Assembly: GCA_964016885.1 (NCBI GenBank)
Contig: OZ024743.1
Coordinates: forward strand, 292,206,001-292,270,000
Length of the DNA stretch: 64,000 nucleotides
Origin: Eledone cirrhosa
Taxonomy: Eukaryota
Reading direction: 5' to 3'
Positions 40,357-58,482 of this stretch are shown here, piece after piece; the stretch's first letter is position 1, and each line of letters starts with the position of its first letter. A model generated the notes under the pieces. It saw only the letters and a list, made by a program, of their open reading frames with translations. It had not been told where the DNA came from and did not search any database. Position numbers and translations under genes: made by a program.

Positions 40357-41606
40357 TCAGCCGTAGCAATAATACAGTGTGATTAAAGACAGCTGCTATC
40401 CTATCACAAATATCTTATTGGCTGTGTAAGAACACAAAATACAAGTATTTCGGGATATTTAGCCATCGACAGTGACATTTACATACTCAGTACTGAAGTA
40501 AAAAAGATAATACATTATATAGAGATTCTGCAAATAATACATCTTTGGACAAGCTGATTTCCCTGATCTAATTGGCGGTATAACACCGTTTCTAAGGTAG
40601 TTTTGAAATGATCACTGCTTAAAATTCGTTGAGCAAAACATTTGTATGTTTATTATTCATAAATATATTAGATATGGCCCCATATTTATTATTAGGAATG
40701 TTTCATGCTGGTAATTATTTTTTATTAATTTTATTTTTATTTTTTTTTTTTTGTTAGACATTTATGTCTATATTGTAATAATATATTTCTGAAATACACG
40801 AATCACTTAACGTTTTAGCTCCTCACCCTCAGAATAAAATGATAGTAGTTATAGTGTGTCGTTAACCCACTTTGAAATAGGCCGAAATAGATCGTGGAGA
40901 TACTTGTAAAATCTTCAACGATTAATTTTTTAAAAGATTCAACTTCAACGTTTATATCCCGGTAGATATGTTACACTGTGTTGATTGTTTATTTACCCCG
41001 TCGTAATGGTAAGGTCTCCATACATACATTCCTTCTTTTTCTGGAATACAATATTCTAATGTTTTGTGCTCTCTCTTTGTTATAAATTCCCGCATCAATG
41101 CACGTTACCCGTATGTTTGAGGATTTACGTATACTTTCTCGTACGTTTATATGCTTGTATGTGTTATAGGTGTATATATTATATATACTGGTTTGAGTGT
41201 AATTGGTTATGTGTATTTCGTGTTTGTGCGTGTATATTTTTTATGCGTATATGTGTGCATATGCGTATATGTGTGCATATATGTATTTGTGTGTATTTAT
41301 AAACATTTATGCGTATTTTGTATATATATATTAATATATGTGTGTGTGTATATATATGTATATATATTTATATATATATATTAAAGTGTGTGTGTGCGTG
41401 TGTGGGTATATGTGTGTGTATAGATGTATGGGTATGCATGTATGTGTATGTGTATGTACGTGTATTAAATTTGTTTTGCATGTGTGGATTTATATAGATG
41501 TTTATATATATGTGGGTCTTTATGTACATGTATGTATGCGTGTACGTACGTATATGTATATTTATATATGTATATATGTATATGTGTGTATATGTGTATG
41601 TGTATG

Positions 41607-41661
<55 letters not shown>

Positions 41662-41974
41662 TAAATTTTCCAAAGCGATCGATTGTTTAATATATTAATT
41701 TTTTATTGAGCCACAAAGTGACCAGTTTCAAAACACGTATATGTATGTGTATGTATATATATATATATGTAAACTTTTATATGTAATAATCTCCCACCAG
41801 GTTGAGATACAAATTTGGCTGTATTGTGCTGTGCTTTCTAGCAAAATTGCCACCAGTCGTAAGCAACTAACTCACCCTTCCAACTTGACCGCGACTGCGT
41901 CACGATTTTTAGCCATTTTGAAATGAATTCTTGGCGCGATCGCTTTGGAAAATTTAATGTCTAGTTATGAGCGA

Positions 41975-42062
41975 GCTTCCTGAAGAATCCGGTGCTCGAG
42001 TTTATATAATTATTACATAATTATTGGAAAACTCAAAACACGGACGAAACCATGGTAGAGGT
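41975..42062 (+). ncRNA. Type I hammerhead ribozyme with long stem II, inside cassette ~41770-42330
   Basis: gcttc-CTGAAGA-atccg...cggac-GAAA-ccatgg-TA-gaggt; palindromic ACCATGGT; an inverted 23-bp piece of this cassette lies at 41659-41681. Confidence 0.75.
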
Positions 42063-42327
42063 AATTAAATGTATTCTATTTTCTCCTAGTTTATTTTAAA
42101 CTTAATTCTGCTTAGTTGACTATATCTAGGCGATTACGCTGTCGAAATATTCGATAAATATTCCGCTACGGCCGACGTGAAGCGCTAGTTCTGGTTATTT
42201 GTCGGAGATTCCTTCATAGAAGCCTCATTCGTATAGCCTGGTCTATTCGATTTTTATATAGTTAATTATGCTAATTGGGAGAGGAAATAGTATATATTTT
42301 ATCTTGTGATTCTATAGACATGTTTTA

Positions 42328-44026
<1,699 letters not shown>

Positions 44027-44065
44027 ATATATATATATATATAGATGTATATATATATATCTGTA

Positions 44066-44176
<111 letters not shown>

Positions 44177-44209
44177 TACATGAATCAAAGTTCAGTTTAA
44201 ATCATTTAT

Positions 44210-44258
44210 TTGCATACAATTGTTTCCTCCAAACCGAGGTTTGGATTCTTCGGAGCAA
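44210..44258 (-). ncRNA. Hammerhead variant (CCGAAGA core)
   Basis: Minus strand: ttgct-CCGAAGA-a tccaaacc tc ggtttgga g-GAAA-caattg-TA-tgcaa. Confidence 0.65.
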
Positions 44259-44374
44259 CTATTTAGTGATTTTTACATACTTGACCTCCTTTTCAGAGAC
44301 TATTTAGGGTTTAAAATATATATAACTATATAAGGTTTTATTATATACATAACCATAAATAGTATCCTTAATAC

Positions 44375-44405
<31 letters not shown>

Positions 44406-44608
44406 CTGAGTGTGTGTGTGTGTATTTATATATATTTCTTCTCAACAAGGAAGATGAAAGAAACTTGCCTCAACAATTGATTTTCATTCTTTGATTTTTT
44501 AGTTTTTAATTCTTATTAATCCTTTTTAATTGTAATATTCAACATTTAATAAAATGACTTTTACTAATACATCGAAAGCGGTTATACTGTATGTACATCA
44601 TTTTAAAA

Positions 44609-45023
44609 CGGTGAATTGGCAGTATCGGTAGAGGGTGGGATGCCATGTTTTCTAGCATAGTTACGGCCCTTTACGGTCTGAGTTCAAATCCCGTCGAGGT
44701 TAACTTTGCCTTACATCCTACGGGGTCGATAAAATAAAGACCTGTAATGTACTGGGTATTTTTGCTGGCCTTGTGCCAAAAGTATAAACAATTATTATAA
44801 AAGCCATTTTTAAAAGAATTATCCCTCTCATTTGTTCAATAATTGTTTCTACTTTTGGCACAAGGCCAGCAATTATTCCAGTGTATTGCTGGTACTTTAT
44901 GTTATCAACCTCGTAAGGATGAAAGGCAAAGTTAACCTTGGCGGGATTTGAACTTAGACCATAAAGGGCCGTAACTCTTCGCTGCAAAGCATGGCATTCG
45001 ACCCTCTACCGATGCTGGCAATC
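44609..45023. mobile_element. Tail-to-tail inverted SINE pair (44609-44798 plus, 44839-45023 minus)
   Basis: Two family copies in opposite orientation, ~40 bp apart. Confidence 0.9.
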
Positions 45024-45101
45024 AAATGTCTCTTTGACGAATCAAAGAAAAAAAAAAGAAAAACACACCCTTGAATATATTTTCCGTCCTATTTCTAATT
45101 T

Positions 45102-45182
<81 letters not shown>

Positions 45183-45210
45183 AATAAATAAATAAATAAA
45201 TAAATAAATA

Positions 45211-45308
<98 letters not shown>

Positions 45309-45552
45309 TTATGCGTTGCATTCGATATCAGCGTGATGGCCCAGGTCAGTCAAAATCTTTTCCAGAGTTCAGTCTTTTTCGTTGCTATGGCAATGTGGCT
45401 GGACTGCCGCCAGCTATATTTGATTTGCAAAGCTGTCTAAACGTATTGTTATAACTCTGGGGTATTATTCACCATGGAGTGCTAAAGTTACATTCCGAAT
45501 CTTCATTTGTTAGCTTAGCCGCAGCTTAATGCTTCATTAATGCTGTACTGAA

Positions 45553-45589
<37 letters not shown>

Positions 45590-45821
45590 ATATAGAGAAA
45601 CACACAGATACATGCGGACACACACATATACATGAATATATCCACATCCTCTTCTACGGCCTCGATATAAATGCCCCCTCCGCCTCCGTGGTATTTTTTT
45701 CAGGGTTATAAGAGGCTTAGCTCTGTTTCTTGACCGCTGTATCACGTGATTGACCCCCCCTCCGCCTTTTGGGATTCTATCTCGCATCTTTTCGACGTGT
45801 TTTTGAAACCCTTAATGAGGT

Positions 45822-45914
45822 ATTCTCTTGATAAGTCGGCATACCTCACAAAAATTGTATATCTCTGTGATGTATTGTTTTTGATTATGCCACGAAACGA
45901 CGTAGTCGAGGAAT
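45822..45914 (+). ncRNA. Degenerate hammerhead motif inside cassette ~45590-45990
   Basis: cTTGATAAG-tcggcata...tatgccac-GAAA-cg a cg-TA; mutated core, stems II and III recognisable. Confidence 0.45.
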
Positions 45915-45985
45915 TTAGAAGCAGTTTAGGTATGATACATCTTATTACTAATTATATCTAATGTTTATTCTCTCTTCATAATGTA

Positions 45986-46078
<93 letters not shown>

Positions 46079-46979
46079 AGTTAAAACAATGAAATAAAAA
46101 ATCAATTCATTAGAGATATACTTCACTACTTTACGATCTTTTCTAGGTGATGATAATACATTGCAGCTATACTCCGTTATTGATCTATGTAAGGTTAGTT
46201 ACAAAATATCAGATAAAGAGAATATTTACTTACATGCATATCACCAGCTGTTTTCAAAAGCAATAATAATGTTATTCAGAATTAGTAGTATGCTAGTATC
46301 ATGTCCTTATTTGGAGGGTTTTGAAGAACTAATCAATCAAATTTTATTTTTTCATATGGTGTTAAGATGAAAAGTAATACACTTTAGTTTAGGTCATGAT
46401 CCTTTGAAATGAATTGTTGAATGGTGTTAATAGTAGAATTGGCATAACATTTTATTAGGAGGAAAAGGATTGTCAAAATGATAGTTGAATGTATCTGATA
46501 TAGTGAAGTTTAAAAGGAATGTCAAAATAAATGGTGATTTGTGTTGTATTGAGTTTTTAGGTTATAAGGTTATGGCTAGGAAAGATAGTATATTAAAAGA
46601 TGAAAATTATAATAAGATAATGAAATACAGTAATGCGATAATATACAACACAACATAGTACGGTGTGGTAAATTGCACTTAGTATAATACAGCATATGAT
46701 AAGTTCTAATATAATATCAAGTATGCCTATGTATCAATAATCAAACTCAGATAAATACATGTTGGCATAGTTAAAACACATAAATTTCATAGATTACAAA
46801 GTGCATATATCCACACTATATATAGAGACGTACAGTTATATTGATATCCAACCAAAAATATACATACGCACAAATAGATGCAAATCTAAATACACATTTA
46901 CATATGTGCACATAATCATATACACACATATATCTATACATATCTAAATCTACACATACACACTTATACCCACATATAT

Positions 46980-47067
<88 letters not shown>

Positions 47068-47071
<4 letters not shown>

Positions 47072-48960
47072 AGGAGGTGAGTTTTATTGTAGTACAATAA
47101 AGCAATGCAGATATCAGATAAGTAGCACTCTACAGTTTGTAGGACTGGAGTATAAATAATATAAGATCAAAAGATGGTTAAAAGAGTTCCATGTATTTTA
47201 TTATGTGCATTTCAAAAACAAATATCATCATGAGATGACATTTGCGTTTTCGTCACATAAAATAGGGAACATTATATGAAGGTTATAAAACACTCGTGAA
47301 TAGTGCAGTTTTAAATCAACATATGAAAAGTAATTTAAGATTGATGTGTGATATTGGGAAAAAAATTAGGAGTGGGTGGAAAGGATGAAAAAGAGGAGGT
47401 GATGAGAGTAAAGAATGGTGGGGGAGGAGTATAATAAGGAAATATAAGATAGGAGGAGAGATGGGTGAGACAAAGAGAAAGATAGCCTTTATAACTGAGA
47501 AAAATATATTGTTTCACAGAGAGAGGTTAAAAAGCCGTTGGGAGATAATATATAATTTAAAAGAATTTGAAAATTGATGAAGAGAAAAAAATTAATGAAG
47601 AGAAAAAAAATTAAGAATAATATTAAATTAAGGTTTGTATATTGAAGGGTTTAATAATATGTGCGATAAAAAGAAATTGTTAATATGTATTATTAAAATA
47701 AAAATATTAATGTTATTAAGGATATAATGTGAAAAGAAGTAGAAGAGTGGATGAATTATGAATTTAGAGGAATTAGTTAGTGTTTAAGTTTGTTTTTATG
47801 TAATGTAATATGTATGCGTAATATATGTAAATAGTTTGTTTACAAATGAGCGCAGAAAGCAAAGAAGAAAATAGTGTTTAAGGAAGAGAAGACTGTAACG
47901 TCAAAATATATATGTTTATGAAGTACTTCCTAATGGTAAAAATATAATGTAATAAAGGAGATTAGTTAGGGTTTAAGTTTGTTTTTATGTATGGTGATAT
48001 GTAATATGTAAATGTTAGACGAGCATGAACGGGAGAAAAAAATATAATGAACTGAAGATGAATAATCTAACCTCAAAAAATGTTTATGTTTACGAAGGAT
48101 TTTTAAAGGTAATAGTATAAAGTTATTTAAAAGGTAATAATAAGTTTTATGGCCAATGATATGAAGGAAGAAGGAAGGGTGGATATATTGTGGTGAGTAA
48201 TAATAAGAATTGAGAAGTATCTAGGAAGAAAAAGTACAGATTAGAGGTTAGAAATTAAAAGAAAAAAGGAAGAAAGGGAAGTGATAAATAGGAATGATAT
48301 AGAATGAGTAACTAGTATTATATAATTGTTTCTACTTTAGGCACAAGGCCAGCAATTACCCAGTGCATTACTGGTACTTTATTTTATCGACCCCGTAAGG
48401 ATGAAAGGCAAAGTCAACCTCGGCGGGATTTGAACTCAGATCATAAAGGAACGTAACTATGCTGGAGAACATGGCGTCCGACCCTCTACCGATACTGCCA
48501 ATCCACTAGTATTATATAATGTATAATAAATAACATTGGAATAAGGGAGAAAAATGGGTATAGTTTTAAAGAAATATATATATATGCCTTTGAGAAAAAT
48601 GATTTTAAACTGGTAAAGTATTAGATATTAGCTGTATACTTTATGGAATGTTCTGTGGAATTTATGCAAGCAGAGAGAAAATAAGTCAGTGCGTCTATTT
48701 ATTATAGAATCTAAATTAGATATAATGGTAAATTTCTCACTTAAACAAAGATTGCATGTTTTGGATAGAGAGGTATTCAAGTAGGGAGAGGCAGAACAAA
48801 CTTTCCTCCAAGAGATGTCATAGTTAATATTTTTGTCTTTCAAGGACCATATGAGTTCTGAGAGTGCTGTGTTGGTTCTCTTAAGTTGGTATTTAAAAGA
48901 AGAATGGTGATTATAAAGACGGGCTTTAAAGGAGGTGGAAGTGGAGCCAAAATAGGTAAA
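47068..48960 (-). mobile_element. Naiad-type PLE 3' fragment: EN C-terminus, long 3'UTR, family B HHR end at (TA)n
   Basis: ORF 48628-48843 ISWRK...CNLCLSEK...INRRTDLFSLCLH; HHR with mutated core at 47195-47263; continuity across the AT-rich UTR is inferred. Confidence 0.7.
48322..48506 (-). mobile_element. SINE with 16-bp TSD nested in PLE 3'UTR
   Basis: TSD actagtattatataat at 48311-48326 and 48505-48520. Confidence 0.9.
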
Positions 48961-48964
48961 GGAA

Positions 48965-51900
48965 TTAGCTTGGGTTTGAATTCATCAATAACATTCTTTT
49001 CTTTGATTTTTCTCTTGATTTCACTTGGGCTGTGTAATTTGTAGAATGGGAATATTATAATATTCCCTGACCACATGTTGCTAGATGGTTACTTAGGGGT
49101 ATCTGACGGACAGTTGGGTCTCTGATTTGCTGTCGGTGTACCCGTGCACGTTCCGTAAGTGCATTTCCAGTTTGACCGACATATAGTTCTTCACAATTCG
49201 GGCAATTAATGCAGTAAATTAGATTTCTGCTTTTGCAGTTTATATTTGCATTTGGGAATGTTTTTCCAGTTTTTGTTTTCATATATTGACCGGCGTGTAT
49301 GGATTGACATGTACCACATCGACTATCATTGCATTTAGATACAGTGAATGATTGGTATTTGTTGTTAAGGTCAAACTTTGCTTTTGTTAGTAATTGCATC
49401 AAATTTTTCGGCTCTCTTTTTCTAAGTGTCAAAGATCGAGCTGTGATTAAGCATTTTAATTCATTACTTTGAGTAAGGAACGGTAGGTTTGCTTTGGCAG
49501 TGTTGAAGATATTCTGGTGACATGGGTTGTGTGTCATTATAAATGGTATGACCAGTTCTTGGTTTCTTCTTCCTTGGGTTGTCCTAAGTTGTTGTATAGG
49601 TATTTTTATAGCCTGCTGTATGCCATTTTCTATAAGTAGAGATGGGTATTTTTGTTTGAGCAAAACTTTTCTTAGTTCTGTTAGGCGTTTGTACCTGGTA
49701 TTCGTATCTTTTACAATGGTACAAATTCTTCTGGCTAGGCAGTATGGGATGTTGCGTTTTCATTGAGGTGGATGGCACGACTTAAAATTCAGATATTGAT
49801 GGGTATCTGTGTGTTTAGAATATATATCCGTGGTAATGGTGGTGTCGTTTTTGATTATCATTACATCTAGGAATGGTAATTTGATACTACTCATCTCTTT
49901 TTGTGAATTGGAGAGATGGGTGTAGGTTATTCAGTAGGATATTGAAGTCATCCAGAGTACCTAGAGAGATTCTGTCCAGATGATGAAACATCGTCAAGAT
50001 ATCTCTTCCAAGATTTTTCAAAGTACTTTCTAAAGTCAGTACTATATTTTTTCTCTATTTCTTGGTAGAGTTGTTGTTCTAAGTACCCCATTACAGATTT
50101 CGCGTAAACGGGAGCAAACTTCGTTTCCATCGCTGTGCCTCTAATTTGGATGTAATTCTTTCCATTGAAGAAGAAAGTATTGTTTTCCAGAATAATTTTA
50201 ACTGCGTCTAATATAAATGGCGCTGTGAATCTGATGGGAATCACTTCTCTATGTTTTTCCACCCAGTATTTAATCGCCTTTATTCCTAAATCATGTGTAA
50301 TGTTGGTTGAAAGGCTTACCACATCAAAACTAAGTAGAAGTGAATTCGTTTCCGTGGTTTTGGGAAGATGGGACAGGAAGTCGATATCATCCAGGATGAA
50401 ACTGAGTATGTGAATACATAGTGGTTTCAAAATAATGTCAACAAAATTGCTTAGACGGTGTGTGGGGCATGTTGGTCCAGCTATAATAGGTCTAAGTTTT
50501 AAGTCTTTTGGGTGTAGTAATTTAATGTACTCACTGTTTTGTTCTCTTACTGCCAGTTGTATTTCTTTTGACTTATGAACGTTCGGTAGGCCATACAGGT
50601 TGTTGGGTTTTGCCTCAAAATTGGTGATGTAGTCTCTTTTCTTATCAGTAAGTGAGTTGTGGTATTTTGAAGTCAGGTTGTTGATCTTCTTCATGATGTT
50701 GTGGTCTATATTTGACGGTATTTCATGATAGAATGTTGTGTCTTTCAGTTGTTCCTCAATCAAATCCTTGTAGTATTCAGCATCCATTATAACAACTGCA
50801 CACCTTTTATCAGCTTGTTTAATTATTATTGTTTTATCATCTTCTATACGTTTAAGTGCAGATATTTCTGATTTGTTAATGTTTAGCCTGACATTAGTAT
50901 TACGGCTAAGAGGAAATTTAGACAGGATGCCAATGTATTGGTCGAGATAGTTATTTATTCCTTTTGGCGGAGTGAAATTTGATTTATTCTTTACTAGTGA
51001 TTCATCACTCTCATTACTTTTATCAGCGAAGAGTTCTACAAGACGTAATTTTCGACAGAATTTTTGTGTATCCTCCTTCAGTTCTTGGTGGTTGACTATT
51101 GGAGTCGGTGTGAATTTCAGTCCTTTTGACAGAATTTGCATTTCATCATTGTCAAGATCTCTTTTGGATAAATTAATTATTTTAGGATCTACGTGTACAG
51201 TTGTTTTGGGTATGTTTCCTCCTGGAGTTTTTCTTGTTCCGGTTTTTGTTGTCCTGACGTTAAAAAATGGATTTTTCTCTGTACAGGATTTATATTCCTG
51301 TTGGTGTTTGCTTGATGAACTTTTGGTCGTGATATTATATTTGGTTATGTATTTTGTTCTATTTTTAGTATTATGTATATTATTTTTCCATTTCTTGTTA
51401 GCATTATTTTTAACAATCTGGGGAAATGACCTAGGTTTGCTTTCAGGTTTAGATCGTTTTTTCGCCCAGTTTCTTGTGGGTAATCTCTGTTGAGATATTG
51501 AGAGTGATCTGGTTATTCTACGTTTTGTTTCCCCGTTCCTTGTAGGTAGTCTCCGTTGAGGTCTTGAGAATGATCTCCTGGTTTTACTACTTCTCATGGT
51601 CTGGTCAAAGAATATCTATCGTGTTTGTGCTTTTTGTTCATGTTGTGTGTGTTAAGTTATTTTTGTAGAAAAAGCGAAGAGCTATTACCGTAGTTCTTCT
51701 TTGATTCAAGGTAAGGTGTGTGTTTGTGTTGGCACGTGTTCTGGCGTATGTTGTGTTGGTGAGATTGTCCACTTTTAATGCTTTTTCTCAGGGTTCCAGA
51801 GTCTTTACCGTAATTTGCAGCATATTCGTCAAGAAATAATTGTTTCTGCTGCCATACCTTTCTTGATTTGTTTTCTTCTTTTGAGATATCTCTGATCCAT

Positions 51901-52537
51901 AGTTCTCGTAGTTTTTCAGCTGTAATACCAGTCGTTAGCTTTGAAATTTCAACTTCAATTTGGTCATCGATAACTTCATATTTGGCTTTGTAGCGGGATT
52001 GTTTACATTGAGAAATGGAGATGTCGGTCCTGAATTTTGTCAATGTAAGTTCCCATCGGAGATTTGTTTCTTCTTCTGGTTCTCCTGCAATTTCTGTAAT
52101 TAGGTATTTACGAGGGAGTATGGGTGCCGTTAGAGAGAGAGCCATTTCGATTGTGTTTCGACATATTTTTCGCATTTGTATGCTTTCCAGAAGTTTTGTT
52201 TTCTTATGTTAAGAAATGTTTTCCATGTCTTCCACATTTATTTTCTTATTCGATGTGTTTTGTTTTCCAAATTTCTTAGGCTTAGTTCTGACATCCAAGG
52301 CGATTGTGGTAGGCTTTCTCTTGTATCTTTGATAAATGTTGGTATAATTTCAGCTAAATTCTTAATTTCAGAGTTTATGTGTTCAGTTATAAGTTTTCCG
52401 TCTGTAGATTGTTTTTCTATTTCCTTTAAAATAGAGGATTGTGTGTCAATCATCGTGATAAGTGTCGATAATTTTGAATATATCTCCTTTAGAATTCTTT
52501 CTGATTCTGTTGAGTGGATTTGTTGCTTTCCAGACAT
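48965..52537 (-). pseudogene. Frameshifted PLE polyprotein (N-terminal region, RT, Cys-rich linker, GIY-YIG)
   Basis: LSKGLKFTP, IIKQADK..VVIM, YGLPNVHK, LRPIIAG, SFDVVSL, GTAM, RYLDD, CNDSRCGTC, LIYCINC..C..LYVGQT. Spread over ORFs starting at 52537, 52175, 51597 and 49663. Confidence 0.92.
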
Positions 52538-52737
52538 GTTGGCATATTCACAATAGGAATATATATATATATATATAGATAAATATACACGGGTGTGTAT
52601 GATTGTGTATAGAAGATTATATTAATAAAAGGAATTCCAACTTTGTCTGATTTACTCGTTTTATTTACAATCCTTTAAAATTTATAATGGTATTAGAATG
52701 AAATAGTATGGTAGAATATTAAATGTTAAGTGTTAAT

Positions 52738-52776
52738 TGAACAAGTACTTTCATGCTTTCGCAATCTTCAGGTTCA
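52738..52776 (-). ncRNA. Minimal type I hammerhead ribozyme in the PLE pLTR
   Basis: tgaac-CTGAAGA-t tgc GAAA gca t-GAAA-gtac-TT-gttca; palindromic AGTACT stem III; CUU site. Confidence 0.85.
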
Positions 52777-53703
52777 TAATGTGTGTTGACAGTCAAGTTT
52801 GCAATTTTCAACTGAAATGAGATGGGTAAATGTTTGCCTTATATACAGTGAAAAGTGGCTCCAGAATGCTAAATCTTGCAAAATGTATTTCGACCAACCG
52901 GTGTGTAGTTTCACTGGATTACTAAAGCTGATTGGTTTAGGTGCCACGGTTGGTTGAGCATGTCTAACGACTACTATTTGACCCTATCCAAAGCATCAAT
53001 TGTTTTGCTATTTTTAGAAATGATGAAAATAGCATTTTCTAGTAATCCTCACCATCAACATCACTTTTATTATTATTATTATTGTTGTTGCTGTTGTTGT
53101 TGTTAGTGGTCGCAGTCGACATAGTCGTAGTCATAGTCATAGTAGGAGTAATCCCCCCTTATTATTGTTCATTTAGCTTGGGTTTGAATTTATCAATAAC
53201 ATTCTTTTCTTTGATTTTTCTCTTGATTTCACTTGGGCTGTGTAATTTGTAGAATGGGAATATTATAAATATTCCCTGACCACATGATGCTAGATGGTTA
53301 CTTAGGGGTATCTGACGGACATTTGGGTCTCTGATTTGCTGTCGGTGTACCCGTGCACGTTCCGATAGTGCATTTCCAGTTTGACCGACATATAGTTCTT
53401 CACAATTCGGGCATTTAATGCAGTAAATTAGATTTCTGCTTTTGCAGTTCATATTTGCATTTGGGAATGTTTTTCCAGTTTTTGTTTGCATATATTGACC
53501 GACGTGTATGGATTGACATGTGCCACATCGACTATCATTGCATTTAGATACAGTGAATGATTGGTCTTTGTTGTTAAGGTCAAACTTTCAACTTTGCCTT
53601 TGTTAGTAATTGCTTCAAATCAGACAATTGCTTAAATCTGATAAAGTTGGAATTCCTTTTATTAATATAATCTTATATACACAATCATACACACCCGTGT
53701 ATA

Positions 53704-55824
<2,121 letters not shown>

Positions 55825-56239
55825 GTATACACATATATATATGTGTGTATGTACACTCCACATACATGTACATACACTCATATACAAATACTCATACACA
55901 TATACTCACATATACACACACACAAACACATTTATATATATATACACACACATACACACATACATATACACATATATATATACATATATACACATACATA
56001 AATATATATACACACATAAATATATTTCCATATCATACATAGATATATATTTACTCATGCAATTACGGGTGGTTGTGTACCTTGTTCCCTTTAGTCATAA
56101 CCGCATAAACCTAAGGAATCTAAAACATAAAAAGGTAAAAAAATAAGCATGAATGCATATAATTAGGGGAAAGGGGTACTAATAAATGTTACTCTATATA
56201 GAATTATATTGAGTTGCTATTTAGAATATTTAATTAGGT

Positions 56240-58056
56240 TCATAGTATTTAAATGTTCTTCGTATACGGTGATTACAAACTATGATCAGTTCCTGCCTTT
56301 TATTTAATAAATCGTCCTTAGATTTAGCAATTTCCAAGATCTCCACTGAACATAATCTGCATTCCCTCCTGTTCCCAAGATATGAAGTTATTTGTAGAAT
56401 GGTGTTCCACGATAACTTGACATCTATTTGTTTTCTTTTTATAATTATTTACCGCTTCAGCTAAAGATGTGGTGTTAGCAAGTTTAGTATTGGTGAAACT
56501 ACTAGAGTGTGCGTAAAGTCTTTTCTTAAATGTGTTTGATGTAGATCCTATATATGTTTTGTTGGAGTCTGTAGTAGACACAGTGCATTTTTATATTACA
56601 TTATTAATCAAATAGTTGCTATTTAAGGGGCAAATGCTTCTATTTCTGCAATTACAGCCATACGTAAGATGGTTGTTGTGGGTGCCTATACTATTCTCAT
56701 TAACCCTTGAGCTATTCCTATTGTAATTAATGATAGCAGGAGAATGAAGGTTGCTTTGTAAGTGGTTTGGTGCTATGGTTGTATTGTGATTTTGTGTAAT
56801 GTTGTTTTTGTGTTGGTGATTTGGGTGGTTGTGTTTTCTAGGTTGAAGGATTGTATTATTTGCCTTTTTAAAAGGTGCAGTCCAATTTATATTATGTTGT
56901 GGTGGTGTAGTCATATTATTTTTAAGTTATAAATGTTGTAGTTGCTTATTTTTTGCTGGAGATTGCTTGACGTAGAGTATGAGAATTTAACAGTATATTT
57001 GTTAAATATTTGGTGGTATCTGTGGTTTGGTGGAAAATGTTTATGTAGAGTTTCAAAGAATTTTTTGGAGATTTATCCAATAGTTTGCAGGTTGAAGGGT
57101 GCGTTGTACCATGTTATGTTTCTTTTGCGGTTTTTAGTTAAGTTATTATTAACACTTATATTATTGTGTTGTGTTCTAGAAGAATTCCTATGGTTAGTAT
57201 CCTTATTTGTGGAATTTGGTAAATTACCATGGTTGTATTTGGTGTTATTATTGGGTAGATTATGAGATTTTGAGTGCTTAGTATTCATATGTGGGTTGAT
57301 AACATTGGTCATAGATCGTTTTAGTAATAGTTGGTGTGGTTTTTAGGTTGTTTGGTGTAATAAGAATAACCACTTTAGTTATTTGTTTCAATGGTATTTT
57401 TTGGTGTTTGTAGTTTTTTGCTAGGTTTTATATTTTGGTCCATAGTAGTGTTGGGGATATATGAGATTTTTTCTTCATATCCACTTCTAGTTAAGGCCTC
57501 GTTGTAGAAGGTTGCATTATTATAAAATATATCTTCATTGGAAGATAATTTAGAAAGTCTAAGAGATATGTTATATACTAAATTATTGAGTATAGAGCCA
57601 GGGTGGTTAGATCGTGAATGTAAATAATGTAGATTCTGGTTGGGTTTGTGGTAAGGTTGATAAGTATTCATAGAGAGGTCTAAGGTAACGTCAAGGAAAT
57701 TAGCTACTTTTGAAGTGTTTTCAAAAGCGATGCTAAGGCTGTAATAGTCCTTGAGGAATTTTCTAATTTGTTTTTTTGTTTTTATATATTGGAATTGCTA
57801 AGATCGTTAGATAACAATAGACAATCATCCAATAAAGACCACCTTTGAGGTGGGGAAAAGAGTCATGAATATTATAGAGGAGAAATAGTCGAACGAGCTC
57901 TGTAACTTGAGAATAGTCCATGGAACCCATCGTAATATCGAATAAGTTGTTATATGTGTTTCTTGTCCAGTATTCTTCTTGGAGGTTTAGTAAGGTTTTT
58001 CTAGCGTGAGTTATGATGTTGATTTCCTCAGTAGATAAATCCGTTGCTGTGGATAC

Positions 58057-58058
<2 letters not shown>
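56240..58058 (-). pseudogene. 5'-truncated, frameshifted Naiad-type PLE (RT + GIY-YIG)
   Basis: FDITMGSMDYSQVTELV, GLY.DD, NFLDVTLDL, YLHSRSNHP, RKRNITWYNAPF, KHFPPNH, CNCRNRSICPL, YIGSTSNTFKKR, CRLC, LNKRQEL...CNH. Confidence 0.88.
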
Positions 58059-58092
<34 letters not shown>

Positions 58093-58097
<5 letters not shown>

Positions 58098-58482
58098 CAA
58101 AAGATGGTTAAAAGATTTCCATGTATTTTATTATGCGCATTGTAAAAACAAATATAATCATGGGATGTTATTTGCGTTCTCATCAGATAACATAGGAGAC
58201 ATGATATGAAGCTTAAAAAACACTTTCGGGCAGTGAAGTTTTAAATCAACATATTGTTAAATCAAGCTTCATATTATGTCTCCCTATTTTATCTGATGAG
58301 AACGCAAATAACATCCGATGATTTTATTTGTTTTTGAAATGCGCATATTAAAATACATGGAACTCTTTTAGCCATCTTTTGATTTTATATTATTTATACT
58401 CCAGTCCTATAAACTGTTGAGTGCTACTTATCTGATATTTGCATTGCATTATTGTGCTGCAATAAAACTCACCTCCTACATT
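58093..58482. mobile_element. Palindromic family B HHR cassette in (TA)n
   Basis: 58093-58214 is inverse to 58264-58388; plus-strand HHR at 58286-58354; the minus copy has GAAA mutated. Confidence 0.85.

Noticed and set aside
50165-51493. Plus-strand ORFs overlapping the PLE and Dong ORFs
   Set aside because: Antisense shadows of retroelement coding strands.
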